NCBI GenBank assembly: GCA_030040775.1
Contig: JASHTB010000009.1
Coordinates: 29,545 to 93,544, forward strand
Length of the DNA: 64,000 nucleotides
Source: Thermoplasmata archaeon
Lineage (GTDB): Archaea > Thermoplasmatota > Thermoplasmata > Lutacidiplasmatales > UBA184
Direction of reading: 5' to 3'
Program-made: the position numbers and the translations under genes
Part shown: piece after piece, positions 45,692 to 55,634 of the stretch
Numbering within the stretch: position 1 is the stretch's first letter
Layout: the number at the start of each line of letters is the position of its first letter
The notes under the pieces: model-generated
Databases searched by the model: none
Seen by the model: only the letters and a program-made list of their open reading frames with translations
Told to the model about the DNA's origin: nothing

Positions 45692-46341
45692 TCCTCGCCG
45701 AACTCCCGCGCGGAGGGCCACTGCTCCTGGTCGGCCCGGTGCGAGGGATCACGGCCGAGGCGGACCGCGCGGTCGAGGCGCTCGAGTCGTTCGCGCCGGG
45801 AGCGGTGGGCCTGGGCCTCTCCCGGGAAGAGCTGCGGGGGCTCACCGAGTACTTCGTCCTCTCGGAGGCCGAGCCGGTCGTCCCGCTCACGCCGGCCGAG
45901 ACCAGCGAAGTCCGCGGCCTCGTCCGGTTTGGCGAGGTTCGGGTGCCGAACCCTTCGTTCGTGCGCGCCATCGCCTGGGGACGGTCGCGGAATGTTCCAG
46001 TCGAGGCCCTCGACCCGTCCGACGAGCACACGGCCTCTCTCTTCACCGAGCACATCGGCTACTTCGAGCTCGTGCGGCGGACGGTGCGAGAGCATCGGGT
46101 CTCCCGCACTCCGCCGAGCCCCTCCACCCCGGACGAGTATGCGATCGCCTGGGAGCGCGAGGTCGCCCCGGGCCGCGGTTCGCGGGCGTTCGCGCAGGCC
46201 CGGGACCGTCACCTCGTCCGCGGCGTCGCGCGCCTCGCCGAGGGACGAGGCCGGGTCGCGGTGCTGGTCGACCGGGAGCGGTTCGACCGGGTCCGGGACC
46301 TTCTCGAAAACGGTGTCCCGAGCGAGATGGCCGACACCTGA
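45688..46341 (+). CDS. Hypothetical protein translationally coupled to the HTH regulator
   Basis: GTGA overlap; globular composition, weakly TraB-like. Confidence 0.7.
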   Translation: MILAELPRGGPLLLVGPVRGITAEADRAVEALESFAPGAVGLGLSREELRGLTEYFVLSEAEPVVPLTPAETSEVRGLVRFGEVRVPNPSFVRAIAWGRSRNVPVEALDPSDEHTASLFTEHIGYFELVRRTVREHRVSRTPPSPSTPDEYAIAWEREVAPGRGSRAFAQARDRHLVRGVARLAEGRGRVAVLVDRERFDRVRDLLENGVPSEMADT

Positions 46342-46354
46342 CCGCCCGCGGGCT

Positions 46355-46897
46355 CTAGTCCTCGCGGGAGAGGATCTGCTCGAGCATCGCTCGGGCGTTG
46401 CGACGGAACTCGTCGAGCGTCCCCTCGTTCACGATCATCCCGTCCGCGAGGGCGAAGGCGCTTCCGATCCCCCACTTGAGCTCTCGCCGGTCCCGGTCGT
46501 AGAACTCCTGGAGGCCACCCGCGTCGTCGGAGCGCCCTCGGCTCGACATCCGTGCGTGCCGCGTCTCGGGTGAGGAGAAGATCCCGAGGACGAAGAGGTC
46601 CCCGAAGTGGTGGCGGAAGACCGTGACCTCGCTGTCGGAACGGCAGCCGTCGACGAGCATCCGGGTCTCGGTGAGCTTCGGGAGGGCCCGTTGGGCCCAG
46701 ACCCCGGGGCCGTGCTTCTCCCGCTCCTCCGAAGCGACTCGGGCGACGTTCGCGTTCGTCGGCTGAAGCCCCCGGCGGCGGGTCTCCTCCCGGACGAGGT
46801 CTCCCATCTTCAGCGTGGCGAGGCCCACCGACCGGGCGACACCGATCAGCTCGTCCTTGCCCGAGCCGGGCATCCCGACCGTGACGATCAGTCTCAT
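46355..46897 (-). CDS. P-loop nucleotide kinase (UPF0200, dephospho-CoA kinase-like)
   Basis: GMPGSGK, MGDLVREE, DGCRS, RDRRELKWG, IVNEG. Confidence 0.9.
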   Translation of the reverse strand: MRLIVTVGMPGSGKDELIGVARSVGLATLKMGDLVREETRRRGLQPTNANVARVASEEREKHGPGVWAQRALPKLTETRMLVDGCRSDSEVTVFRHHFGDLFVLGIFSSPETRHARMSSRGRSDDAGGLQEFYDRDRRELKWGIGSAFALADGMIVNEGTLDEFRRNARAMLEQILSRED

Positions 46898-47532
46898 AAC
46901 GTGCCGGGAGGCTCGTCGGGCGGGCTCGCCTTCGCCGGCGCCGCGGGCGCCGCGCTCTTCTCAAGATGCGCGGCGACGTCCTGCTCGGTGACCATCTGGA
47001 GCCGGTCCGCCCGTTGACGGAAGGCAGCGGCCTCCTGCTCCTCGAGCCGCGCAGCTTCGACGTACCGGTCGACCTTCACCTTGAGCTCGGCGGTCTTCTG
47101 GGTCTTGGTAGCGGCTCGGAGCTCGAGCGCCCGCGCCTTCTGCTGGCGGTCGACGATCTTCTGCTGGAGCTTGCGCACGCGGTAGTGCAGGCTGGTCACA
47201 TCGGAGCCGAGCGGGGCGCCGCCGCTACGGCCGGTCGCCGCCTCGATGTCCCGCTCGTGCTGCTTCATCTGGTGCTCGATGTCCGGGATCTCGCCCAGCG
47301 CGCGCTGCCCTTTCTCCCGAAGGACGGTCGCCTGGTGCCTCAGCTTCTCGATCTTGGTCTGGAGGCGGGACGCCCGTTGCTGGGCTCGAGCGGCCGCCCG
47401 GTCATGCCGAGCGGCCATCTCGCGCAGCTTGGTGATGTCGGCGTAGCCTTGCCCGATCCAGCGCGATTGCCGCGCGGCGAGCGGGGTCGGGTGCACCGGT
47501 GGTTCGGGAGGACCCGCTCCGCCGGTCGCCAT
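46894..47532 (-). CDS. Coiled-coil hypothetical protein
   Basis: Two long heptad-rich helices joined by a Gly-rich turn; 4-nt overlap with the kinase gene. Confidence 0.75.
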   Translation of the reverse strand: MATGGAGPPEPPVHPTPLAARQSRWIGQGYADITKLREMAARHDRAAARAQQRASRLQTKIEKLRHQATVLREKGQRALGEIPDIEHQMKQHERDIEAATGRSGGAPLGSDVTSLHYRVRKLQQKIVDRQQKARALELRAATKTQKTAELKVKVDRYVEAARLEEQEAAAFRQRADRLQMVTEQDVAAHLEKSAAPAAPAKASPPDEPPGTL

Positions 47533-47598
47533 CGAGCGGGCGGGACCCGACCGCAGGGTAAAGAGGTTGTCGGTGGGCGAACGCCGGAGCGCGCCTCA

Positions 47599-49104
47599 CT
47601 AGGCGCGGGCCGGGCGGGGCGACCGCGTGGAGGCGCCTAGATGCGCCGAGAGCGAGGCAACTGGGACGCGCTCCTGGGTCTTCGAGTCGCGATCTCGCAC
47701 CGTCACGGTGTCGCGGTTCGGCCCGTCCGATACCGTCTCGCCGTCGACCGTCACGCAGAACGGGGTCCCCGCCTCGTCCATGCGGGCGTACCGCTTTCCG
47801 ATTGTCCCCGCGTCGTCGTACTGGACGTCGATCCCGGCGGCGGCCAGTTCGTCGGCGAGGCGCAGCGCGTAGGCACGGTGCGCCTTCGGGATCAGGGGAA
47901 AGACACCGGCGGTCACCGGGGCGAGGTACGGAGGGAGCCGCCAGACGGTCCGATCCCCGTCCTGGGCGAGGAGAAGGTCGGCGACCGCCCAGAGATACCG
48001 GTCGGGACCGCCGGTGAGCTCGAGGACGTGCGGAAGGACGGAGCGGCCGCCCGTCTGCGTGACGGAGAGGTCCCGGCCCGACCCCTGCCCGTGCCGGCCG
48101 AGATCGTAGTCCCCGCGGTAGTGGACCGCGCCGAGCTCCTTGAACCCACCGAGGCTCTCGAGGTTAGCCTCGATGTCGAACTGGATCCGGTTGTAGAACG
48201 CGCGCTCCTGGTCGGACTTCTCGAGCAGGCGGAGCCGGTCGGCGGGCAGCTTGAGCACGTCCCGGAAGAAGTGGTAGCTGTGCACGAGGTGGAAGACATA
48301 GAAGTCGGGGAGAGCGCCCGCCGAGACGAGCTCCTCCGCGCGAACGTGCTCGACCTCTTCCGAACCGGCGAGACGGCGCGCGGCTCGGACGACCGGAAGG
48401 CTCTCGTCGCGGACCCGGCCGAACGGCAGGGGAAAGTGAGATGGGTCGAAGAAGATCTGAAGCTCGGTCTGGGTGAACGCGCGCATCCGGAACAGCACCT
48501 GCCGCGGGGCGATCTCGTTGCGGTAGGCCTTCCCTACGACCGCGACGCCCAGGGGGAGCGCCTTACGGCCGACATCCCACATGCGCGGGAACGACAGGTA
48601 ACTGCTCTGGGCCGTCTCCGGTCTCAGGTAGACGCGCTCGCGGCCGGTGACCCCGAAGTCCAAACCGAACATCAGGTTGAACGGCTTCGGCACGCTGAGC
48701 GCGGTCGAGCTGCAGTTCGGGCAGCGCACCCGATGCTCGTGCACGATGTCGGCGATCTGTTCCGGGGTGAGGCCGTCGACCCCCTCGGGCCGGACCTTCT
48801 CGAGAATCGTGTCGGCTCGGAACGCCTGGTGGCAGTTCTCGCACGTCACCTCGGGGTCCGTGAAGTTCTCGAGATGACCGGACGCGCGGACGACCGCCTC
48901 CGGGAGGATCTCCGCGGGCTCGATGAGGTAGTAGTCGTGGGAGAGGCCGACGAACCAGGCGGTCCAGGCCTCCTCGATGCGCCGCTTGAGCTTCGCGCCG
49001 AGGGGGCCGTAGTCGTAGAGCCCCTGGGCCCCCCCGTAGATCTCGGCGGTGGGCCAGAGTACGCCCCGCCGCCTCAGCAATGCGTAGAGCTCGTCACCCT
49101 TCAT
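47599..49104 (-). CDS. glyS: Glycyl-tRNA synthetase (alpha2 type)
   Basis: EIYGG, YDYGPLG, SGH..FTDP, LRPETAQ, YRNEIAPR, IGKRYARMDEAGTP. Confidence 0.96.
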   Translation of the reverse strand: MKGDELYALLRRRGVLWPTAEIYGGAQGLYDYGPLGAKLKRRIEEAWTAWFVGLSHDYYLIEPAEILPEAVVRASGHLENFTDPEVTCENCHQAFRADTILEKVRPEGVDGLTPEQIADIVHEHRVRCPNCSSTALSVPKPFNLMFGLDFGVTGRERVYLRPETAQSSYLSFPRMWDVGRKALPLGVAVVGKAYRNEIAPRQVLFRMRAFTQTELQIFFDPSHFPLPFGRVRDESLPVVRAARRLAGSEEVEHVRAEELVSAGALPDFYVFHLVHSYHFFRDVLKLPADRLRLLEKSDQERAFYNRIQFDIEANLESLGGFKELGAVHYRGDYDLGRHGQGSGRDLSVTQTGGRSVLPHVLELTGGPDRYLWAVADLLLAQDGDRTVWRLPPYLAPVTAGVFPLIPKAHRAYALRLADELAAAGIDVQYDDAGTIGKRYARMDEAGTPFCVTVDGETVSDGPNRDTVTVRDRDSKTQERVPVASLSAHLGASTRSPRPARA

Positions 49105-50186
49105 CGGGGGTCGGCCGAAGCGGGGGAAGGCCGGACTATAAGCGGTTCGGAGGTCCGCGTCACGACCTGGTACGCCGGGTCGTCGGGCGGAAGCCGGACG
49201 ACCAGGGGAGGGACCGGCATCCCCGGGGCGACGCGGGCCGCCTCCGGCTTTCCGAGCCAGCGCCACGGTTCGACCAGGACCGCTCGGGCGAGGAATTCCG
49301 CGGAGACCGGACGACGCCGAAGCCGGGTCGACACGTACGCGAACTCGAGCTCGCGCCAGATCGACGGCGCGTGGAACATCGCGTTGTCGGTTCCGAGAAG
49401 GACCGAGAGGCCGAGACGCTCCATCGCCGCGATGTCGGGCTGTCGGCCGAACAGGGCGTTCGAACGAGGGCAGACCGTGACCGGAACGTTCGCGTCGCGC
49501 ACCGCGACGAGGTCCGCGGCCGTCGCCTTCGTGAGGTGAACGAGAAGGTCGGGTCGGGGTCGGAGGAACCGTTCGGGTGCCTCTCGGACCGCTTCGCTTG
49601 CGTGGAGCGCGTAGCGTTTCCCGGCCCGGCGGCATGCCCGAGCCACGGCCTCAAGCGTCTCGGGTGACTCATCGCGCGCGCTCGAGAGCCCGACGCCGTC
49701 CCCCGCTCGAACGACCGCCCGAAGCTCGTCCGGGTCGATGGGCCGCGCGGTCGGGCGGCCGAGGACGAGAACCCGCACCCGAACCCCCGCGGCCGCGGTC
49801 CGGAGGAGACGGATCCCTTCGAGCCCCTCTTCCCGAAAGTCGGCGACCGCCGCGACGCCCTCACGCACCATCCGGAGAAGAGTCGCTCGGGCTGCGCGGA
49901 CCTTCTCGGCCCGGGATGTTTCGGCCAGAAGACGGAACTTGTAGCCCCGCGGCGGTTGGACCAGTCGCGAAACCGGCTCGGGAGGCGGCTCTCGGACCGA
50001 TACCGCATCCCCGAGGTGAGTGTGACTGTTCACCGGCGAGGGTACGACGATCCCCCGGAGCGTACGCTCCCGCCCGCGTCCGCCGTCGGCGCCGATCGAC
50101 CCCACCTCGATGACCCGCCCGGCTCGGAACCGCACGAATCCCGGCCGCGGGCCGTCGCGGTCCAGGATCGACCCTTCGACGATCAT
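49101..50186 (-). CDS. Amidohydrolase-family metal-dependent hydrolase/deaminase
   Basis: NSHTHLGD, HASE, LVHLT, CPRSN, LGTDN. Confidence 0.88.
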   Translation of the reverse strand: MIVEGSILDRDGPRPGFVRFRAGRVIEVGSIGADGGRGRERTLRGIVVPSPVNSHTHLGDAVSVREPPPEPVSRLVQPPRGYKFRLLAETSRAEKVRAARATLLRMVREGVAAVADFREEGLEGIRLLRTAAAGVRVRVLVLGRPTARPIDPDELRAVVRAGDGVGLSSARDESPETLEAVARACRRAGKRYALHASEAVREAPERFLRPRPDLLVHLTKATAADLVAVRDANVPVTVCPRSNALFGRQPDIAAMERLGLSVLLGTDNAMFHAPSIWRELEFAYVSTRLRRRPVSAEFLARAVLVEPWRWLGKPEAARVAPGMPVPPLVVRLPPDDPAYQVVTRTSEPLIVRPSPASADPR

Positions 50187-50282
50187 CGAATGCGGGCGCT
50201 GGAGGCTCCGGCCTCTTTAAGGCCGAGCCGAGGCCGCGCCCGAAGGGATATGCGGATTGAGGTTTGACCCCGGCACGCCGCC

Positions 50283-51158
50283 ATGGCTCAGGCACTCTCG
50301 ACCCGTCCCCGTGACCTCCTCGTCTCGGGCCACGTGAACGTCGACCGATTCCTCTCGGTGGGAACGTTCCCCGAGGCCGACCGTACGGCTCCGATCCTGT
50401 CCCAGCGGGTCGCGCTCGGAGGCACGGGAGCGAACCTCGCCCGGGTAGCCTCTCGCTTCGGCGTGGCGACCGGTCTTGTCGCCCGAGTCGGAGGCGACTT
50501 CCCGACGGCCTTCGTGCGCAGCCTTCGCGCGACCGGAATCGACCTGCGAGGCCTGGAGCGGATCGCGGGCGCTCCGAGCCCGACGTGCTTCATCGTGGAG
50601 GATCGCCACGGAGGTCAGCGCACCCTGATCGACCAGGGCCCGATGGGGTCGGGGCGGGCCTTCCGACTTCCGGGGAAGTGGATCGAGGAGTACACCTGGT
50701 TGCACGTCACCACCGGAGAGCCCTCGTTCCAGCTCCGTCTCGTCCGGGCCGTGCGGGCCCACGGGCTCCGGGTCGCCGCCGACCCGGCCCAGGAGATCCA
50801 CTATCGCTGGGACCGCTCCCAGTTCAGAGAGCTCCTCGGTCAGAGCGAGATCCTCTTTGGAAACCGGGGAGAGGTGGCCCGCGCTCAGGAATACGTCGGC
50901 GCGGCGACCCCGGCCGACCTGCTCGAGCACGTTCCGCTGATCGTCCGGACCGAGGGACGCGCCGGGGCGACGGCATTCTCCCGAGCCGGGGCGGTCCACG
51001 TACCGGCCGATCGACCCCGCTCGACACGGACGATGGTCGGTGCGGGCGATGCCTTCCGAGGAGGCTTTTACGCTGCCTGGTTCGAGGGGGAAACGCTGCG
51101 GGATTGCCTGAGGGCCGGAGTGAGGGCGGCTCGCCGCTGGATCGAAGGGGCCCGGTAG
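50283..51158 (+). CDS. PfkB-family (nucleoside) kinase
   Basis: GHVNVD, GGTGAN, DPAQE, GAGDAFRGGF. Confidence 0.9.
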   Translation: MAQALSTRPRDLLVSGHVNVDRFLSVGTFPEADRTAPILSQRVALGGTGANLARVASRFGVATGLVARVGGDFPTAFVRSLRATGIDLRGLERIAGAPSPTCFIVEDRHGGQRTLIDQGPMGSGRAFRLPGKWIEEYTWLHVTTGEPSFQLRLVRAVRAHGLRVAADPAQEIHYRWDRSQFRELLGQSEILFGNRGEVARAQEYVGAATPADLLEHVPLIVRTEGRAGATAFSRAGAVHVPADRPRSTRTMVGAGDAFRGGFYAAWFEGETLRDCLRAGVRAARRWIEGAR

Positions 51159-51170
51159 GTTGGGGAGTCG

Positions 51171-52418
51171 ATGGAGACGCATCTGTTCGGGCGGTTGACG
51201 AAGGTGGAGGTCGCCCGTCGGCGGTTGCTCGCGGCAGCGACCCCCACGCGACGGGTGGAGGAAGTCCCCGTGGAGAAGGCGTTCGGGCGGGTCGCGGCCG
51301 AAACGGTCCGGGCACCGCGCCCGGTCCCCTCGTTTGCCCGAACCACCTGGGACGGGTACGCGGTGCGCTCGGCCGACACAGAGTCTGCGAGCGCGCACCG
51401 ACCGGTCGAGCTCGCCGTCGTGGGGGAAGTGTTCGCGGAACAGGCCTACTCCGGGGTGCTGCATCGGGGCGAAGCCGTTGCAATAGCGACCGGTGGAGCC
51501 GTCCCGCACGGTGCGGATGCCGTCGTGCTCTTCGAAGAGGCCGAACGCCAAGCAGATACGGTTCGCGTCCGTAAACCCGTCTCCCCCGGCGACCGGATCT
51601 CTCGGCCGGGCCACGACTTTCCGCGGGGCTCGGTCCTCACGCGTCGAGGGACCGAGCTTACCGCGACCGCGCTCGGAACGATCGCCTCCTGCGGGGTTCC
51701 GAAGGTCCGTGTCTACGCCCGACCCGTCGTCACCATCCTGCCCAACGGAAACGAGCTGCTCTCTCCGGGAATGCCCCCGAAGCCAGGGATGATCTACGAG
51801 AGCAACAACGCGACCCTCGCCGCGGTAGTCGAGGCGACCGGGGGGATTGCGCAGACCGTGCCTCCTCTGCCGGACGACCCCGCGCGCATCGAGGAGGGGA
51901 TCCGTCAAGCGCTCGCGACGTCCGACGTCGTCCTCGCCACCGGTGGGAGCTCGGTCGGCGAGCGCGACTACCTTCCCCGCATCCTGCCGAAGCTCGGCAC
52001 GTTGCTCTTCCACGGCGTGGCGGTACGGGCCGGAAAACCGACCCTGGCCGCTCGTGTCGGGGACCGGCTCGTGGTCGGGCTTCCGGGTCACCCGACCTCC
52101 TGTCTCGGCAACATGTACTGGCTGGTCCTTCCGGCCCTGCGTCGCATCGGCCGACGACCGGGTCCCGGCTGGCATGAGGGGTGGGCGACCCTCGGCAGCG
52201 ACGCGGTCGCCCCCTCCCCCGGCCTCTCGACCATCGTGCCGCTCCGGTTCGAACGCGGACGGGCGTACTCGACCTTCCGGGGCTCTTCGATCATCACCAG
52301 CCTCGCCGGGGCCACGGCCTTCGCGATGCTGCCGCCCGGTCGCCGCATCGTGCGCGCCGGTCAGCGAATCCGAGTGTGCCTTCTCGACCCCCCGCTCGGC
52401 CCGGGCGCGGCCTCGTGA
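51171..52418 (+). CDS. moeA: Molybdopterin molybdenumtransferase
   Basis: DGYAVR, IATGGAVPHGADAVV, GNEL, TGGSSVGERD, GKPT, LPGHP. Confidence 0.94.
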   Translation: METHLFGRLTKVEVARRRLLAAATPTRRVEEVPVEKAFGRVAAETVRAPRPVPSFARTTWDGYAVRSADTESASAHRPVELAVVGEVFAEQAYSGVLHRGEAVAIATGGAVPHGADAVVLFEEAERQADTVRVRKPVSPGDRISRPGHDFPRGSVLTRRGTELTATALGTIASCGVPKVRVYARPVVTILPNGNELLSPGMPPKPGMIYESNNATLAAVVEATGGIAQTVPPLPDDPARIEEGIRQALATSDVVLATGGSSVGERDYLPRILPKLGTLLFHGVAVRAGKPTLAARVGDRLVVGLPGHPTSCLGNMYWLVLPALRRIGRRPGPGWHEGWATLGSDAVAPSPGLSTIVPLRFERGRAYSTFRGSSIITSLAGATAFAMLPPGRRIVRAGQRIRVCLLDPPLGPGAAS

Positions 52419-52464
52419 GCGGGAGTTCGGGGAATCGTTAAGCCCCCGCCGCCGCTCCCAGGCC

Positions 52465-53295
52465 GTGGCCCGCCGGGACCTCGCGGTCGCCGTCCTTCGA
52501 ATCGAGGGCACGAACAACGACGGGGAGCTTGCGCTCGCCCTGCGCACGCTCGGCGCCCGGGTCGAGATCGTCCAATTGAACCAGCTGGAAGGTCGGAACG
52601 TCTCGCCGAGCGAGCGACGCCGCCTGTCCGACTACGACGTCCTGTTCCTCCCCGGCGGGTTCTCTTCGGGAGACTACGTCCGCGCGGGAGCGATCTTCGC
52701 GGCCCGCATCCGGGCGTCCATCGGACCCGAGCTCGAGGAGTTCGTCCGGAGCGGACGCCTGGTCGGAGGCCTCTGCAACGGGTTCCAGGTGCTGACGGAG
52801 CTCGGGCTCCTTCCCGGCCACCGCGACGGAAAGCTCGGGAAGGTCGACGCCGTGCTCACGAACAACCGGTCGGGCCGGTACGAATGCCGTCCGACGTTCG
52901 TCGCGTGGGAAGGCGGCGCGTTTCCGCCGCTCCGTTCCCTCCCGAAGGGGACGCGGTTTCTCTTCCCGTCCGGCCATGCCGAAGGACGCCTGATCCTTGG
53001 AGGCGACGCGGCGGGGCGTCGCCGCGAGCTCGAGGAGAACGGCCAGGTCCTCTTCCGCTGGGTCGCCCCCGACGGCAGTCCGGCCGACTACCCCTGGAAT
53101 CCCAACGGGTCCGAGGGGAACATCGCCGGGCTCACGAACCCGATGGGCAACGTGTTCGGCCTGATGCCGCATCCCGAGCGCCACTTCTTCCGGGCGCAAG
53201 CTCCCGACTGGACCCGGGAAGGATCTCCTCGCGGCTTCGGGGACGGCCACCGGTTCCTCGACGCCGTGCTCGCCTACGCGGAGCATCCGAGCTGA
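52465..53295 (+). CDS. purQ: FGAM synthase glutaminase subunit
   Basis: EGTNN, PGGFSSGDY, GLCNGFQ, HAEG, NPNGS, MPHPER; TTAA 24 nt upstream of the GTG. Confidence 0.95.
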   Translation: MARRDLAVAVLRIEGTNNDGELALALRTLGARVEIVQLNQLEGRNVSPSERRRLSDYDVLFLPGGFSSGDYVRAGAIFAARIRASIGPELEEFVRSGRLVGGLCNGFQVLTELGLLPGHRDGKLGKVDAVLTNNRSGRYECRPTFVAWEGGAFPPLRSLPKGTRFLFPSGHAEGRLILGGDAAGRRRELEENGQVLFRWVAPDGSPADYPWNPNGSEGNIAGLTNPMGNVFGLMPHPERHFFRAQAPDWTREGSPRGFGDGHRFLDAVLAYAEHPS

Positions 53296-53927
53296 AGACC
53301 CGCGGGGCTCGATCGAGGGCGGTAGACAAGCCTCCAGACCGACAGCTCCTCTCCCTCCAGGCGCCGGCTCGCGACGGTCGACCAGAGCCCTCCTCGGTCC
53401 TGCCAATCCTCTCGGATGCTCGCGAGGGCGCGCGGATTCTGGACGGTGGAGACCACCACGAACGCCTCCGCTCCCGGGAAGAGATGCTCGGGTAGGTCGG
53501 AGACGAGGCGGGAGAGCACGCGGCATCCGTCGGGGCCTCCGTCGAGGGCGAGCCGGGTCTCCGGTTCCTCAACGCTCGGCGCCGGGAGGCTGGGCAGATA
53601 GGGCGGGTTCGCGAGCACGCGGTCGAACCGACCGACGCCTCGCGCGAGGTCGGTTCGGACCGGCCGGACGTCCAGGTGTTCACGCGAGGCCGACCGACGT
53701 AGCTCCCGCAAGGCCGTGAGGCTACGGTCGGTCGCCACCACGCGCCCGCCGGACCGAGCGGCGGTGAGTGCGAGGAGGCCCGAGCCCGTTCCCACCTCGA
53801 GGACCCGCGTGCCGAACGGCACGGTCGCGAACGGCAGGAGGAGGAACGTGTCCTCGCGGGGAGGATAGATACCGGCCCGTCTCTCGGGAAGACTCCCATC
53901 GGGGTTCGGCGTGCGACGTATCCTCAC
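53274..53927 (-). CDS. HemK/Mtq2-like release-factor glutamine methyltransferase
   Basis: IYPPREDTFLL, LEVGTGSG, NPPY, ALDGGPDG. Confidence 0.9.
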   Translation of the reverse strand: MRIRRTPNPDGSLPERRAGIYPPREDTFLLLPFATVPFGTRVLEVGTGSGLLALTAARSGGRVVATDRSLTALRELRRSASREHLDVRPVRTDLARGVGRFDRVLANPPYLPSLPAPSVEEPETRLALDGGPDGCRVLSRLVSDLPEHLFPGAEAFVVVSTVQNPRALASIREDWQDRGGLWSTVASRRLEGEELSVWRLVYRPRSSPAGLQLGCSA

Positions 53928-53997
53928 GGCTCGCCCCGGGCACGATGATTTATTATCCGTTCCCCGCCTAGAAGAGCCGGAATCCTGATTGTGGTTC

Positions 53998-54555
53998 ATG
54001 CCTCAGCGTCTTTCCCCTCCGGTGAAGATCGGCATCACAGGTCTCCCCGGTTCCGGTAAGACGCAGACTCTCCTACGGATCATCCAGCTCCTCGAGGAGG
54101 AAGGGGTCAAGGTCGGAGGCATGGTGACCGAACCGATCGTCGAGAAGCAGCGGCGCGCCGGTTTCCAGATCACCAACTGGCTGACGAAGGAGCACGAGGT
54201 CTTCGCGCACGAATCGCTGAAGTCGCGGGTGAGGAGCGGTCGCTACGGCGTCAACCTCGCCGCTCTCGAGGGCCTGGGCACGCGGGCGCTCGCGGAGGCC
54301 CGCGAGTCGGCCGACGTCATCGTCATCGACGAGGTCGGCAAGATGGAGGTCGAGAGCGACGCGTTCACCCAGAGCGTCATCGATACGCTGGACGCGAAGA
54401 AGTCGATCGTGATGACCCTCCACAAGAAATCCCGCAATCCGCTGCTCCAGGACATACGCCGGAGGGACGAACTACGCCTGCTCGAAGTGACGCCGGTGAA
54501 CAAGAACCTCCTCGCCTTCAAAATCGTCCACCTGATCACGGGCCAGGCGCACTGA
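53998..54555 (+). CDS. NTPase (THEP1 family)
   Basis: ITGLPGSGKT, GRYGVN, IDEVGKME. Confidence 0.93.
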   Translation: MPQRLSPPVKIGITGLPGSGKTQTLLRIIQLLEEEGVKVGGMVTEPIVEKQRRAGFQITNWLTKEHEVFAHESLKSRVRSGRYGVNLAALEGLGTRALAEARESADVIVIDEVGKMEVESDAFTQSVIDTLDAKKSIVMTLHKKSRNPLLQDIRRRDELRLLEVTPVNKNLLAFKIVHLITGQAH

Positions 54556-55634
54556 TCCGGAGCCGGGAAGGCGCCACCGAACTGTTTCTCCCGCCGGCGA
54601 CGCCCGGTCCGGGCCCCCGACGGCGGGCTGCGGTCTTCTACAATCCCTCGATGGCGATGGACCGGGACCTGGGGGTCGCCTTCGTTCGTGCGTGGTTTGA
54701 AGCGGGCTCCTCCCCCGTTCGGGGATGGGAGATGACGGCGGCGACCGGGGTCCGCGGCCTTCGCCTTCTCGAAGAGGGCGGGGTATTCGGCGAGTTCACA
54801 TTCACCGAGGAAAATCGAGAGGCCCTCTCGGTCCTCCGGGCGAACGGAGGCGAGCGACCGGGGGCTCGCGTCGTGGCCACCGACGCTCGACAGGGCGTAG
54901 CTGGCGCCCCGTTCGACTTTGTCGACCTCGACCCGTACGGGTCGCCGGCGCGGTTCGTGCCGGCCGCGCTCGAGTCGGTCCGGCCCGGTGGGGTGCTCGC
55001 GGTCACGGCGACCGACCTGATGGTCCTGGCGGGGGCCCAGCCCTCGGCGTGCGAGCGACGGTACGGTTCGCGTCCGGTCCGCGGCCGTCTCGGACCCGAG
55101 GGAGGCCTGCGGATCCTCCTGGCCTACGTCGCGTCCGAGGCCGAACGACGCGGCCGCTCCGTTCGCTCGCTGCTCGGCTACGTTCGAGACCATCATGTCC
55201 GGGCCTACCTCGAGGTCGGGAAGTACGCAGGCGACCCCGCGCCGGTCGGCTCGGTCGACCCGGCGACGTGGACGGGACCCGACGTCGGGGACCGAGGCCC
55301 GTACGGCCCGCTCTGGCTCGGAGCTCTCTTCGACCGGGCCCTTGCACGGAAACTCAGGGTCCCGTCGAGCGCCGCCGCACCGGACGAGCTCGGAAGGTTC
55401 CTCGCCCGGGTGAACGAGGAGGTCGAGGTCGACGTGCCGTTCTACTACGAGGCGAACCGGCTCTCGCACGCCCTGGGACTCCCGCGACCTCCCTCCCTGG
55501 ACCGGCTCCTCGCCCATCTTCGGGCGAGGGGGTTCCGGGCCGGGCGAACGCACGTCCGTCCCGAAGGGTTCCGGACCGACGCGCCCCGTCCCGTCGTCGA
55601 GCGGTCGGTCGCCGACCTGTCGTCGGTCCACTAG
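54552..55634 (+). CDS. trm1: tRNA (guanine-26-N2)-dimethyltransferase (probable CTG start)
   Basis: EG..LFLP and VFYNP lie upstream of the ATG at 54651; AATGVRGLR, DLDPYGSP, TATD, GPLWLG, RTH..GFRTDA. Confidence 0.92.
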   Translation: MIRSREGATELFLPPATPGPGPRRRAAVFYNPSMAMDRDLGVAFVRAWFEAGSSPVRGWEMTAATGVRGLRLLEEGGVFGEFTFTEENREALSVLRANGGERPGARVVATDARQGVAGAPFDFVDLDPYGSPARFVPAALESVRPGGVLAVTATDLMVLAGAQPSACERRYGSRPVRGRLGPEGGLRILLAYVASEAERRGRSVRSLLGYVRDHHVRAYLEVGKYAGDPAPVGSVDPATWTGPDVGDRGPYGPLWLGALFDRALARKLRVPSSAAAPDELGRFLARVNEEVEVDVPFYYEANRLSHALGLPRPPSLDRLLAHLRARGFRAGRTHVRPEGFRTDAPRPVVERSVADLSSVH

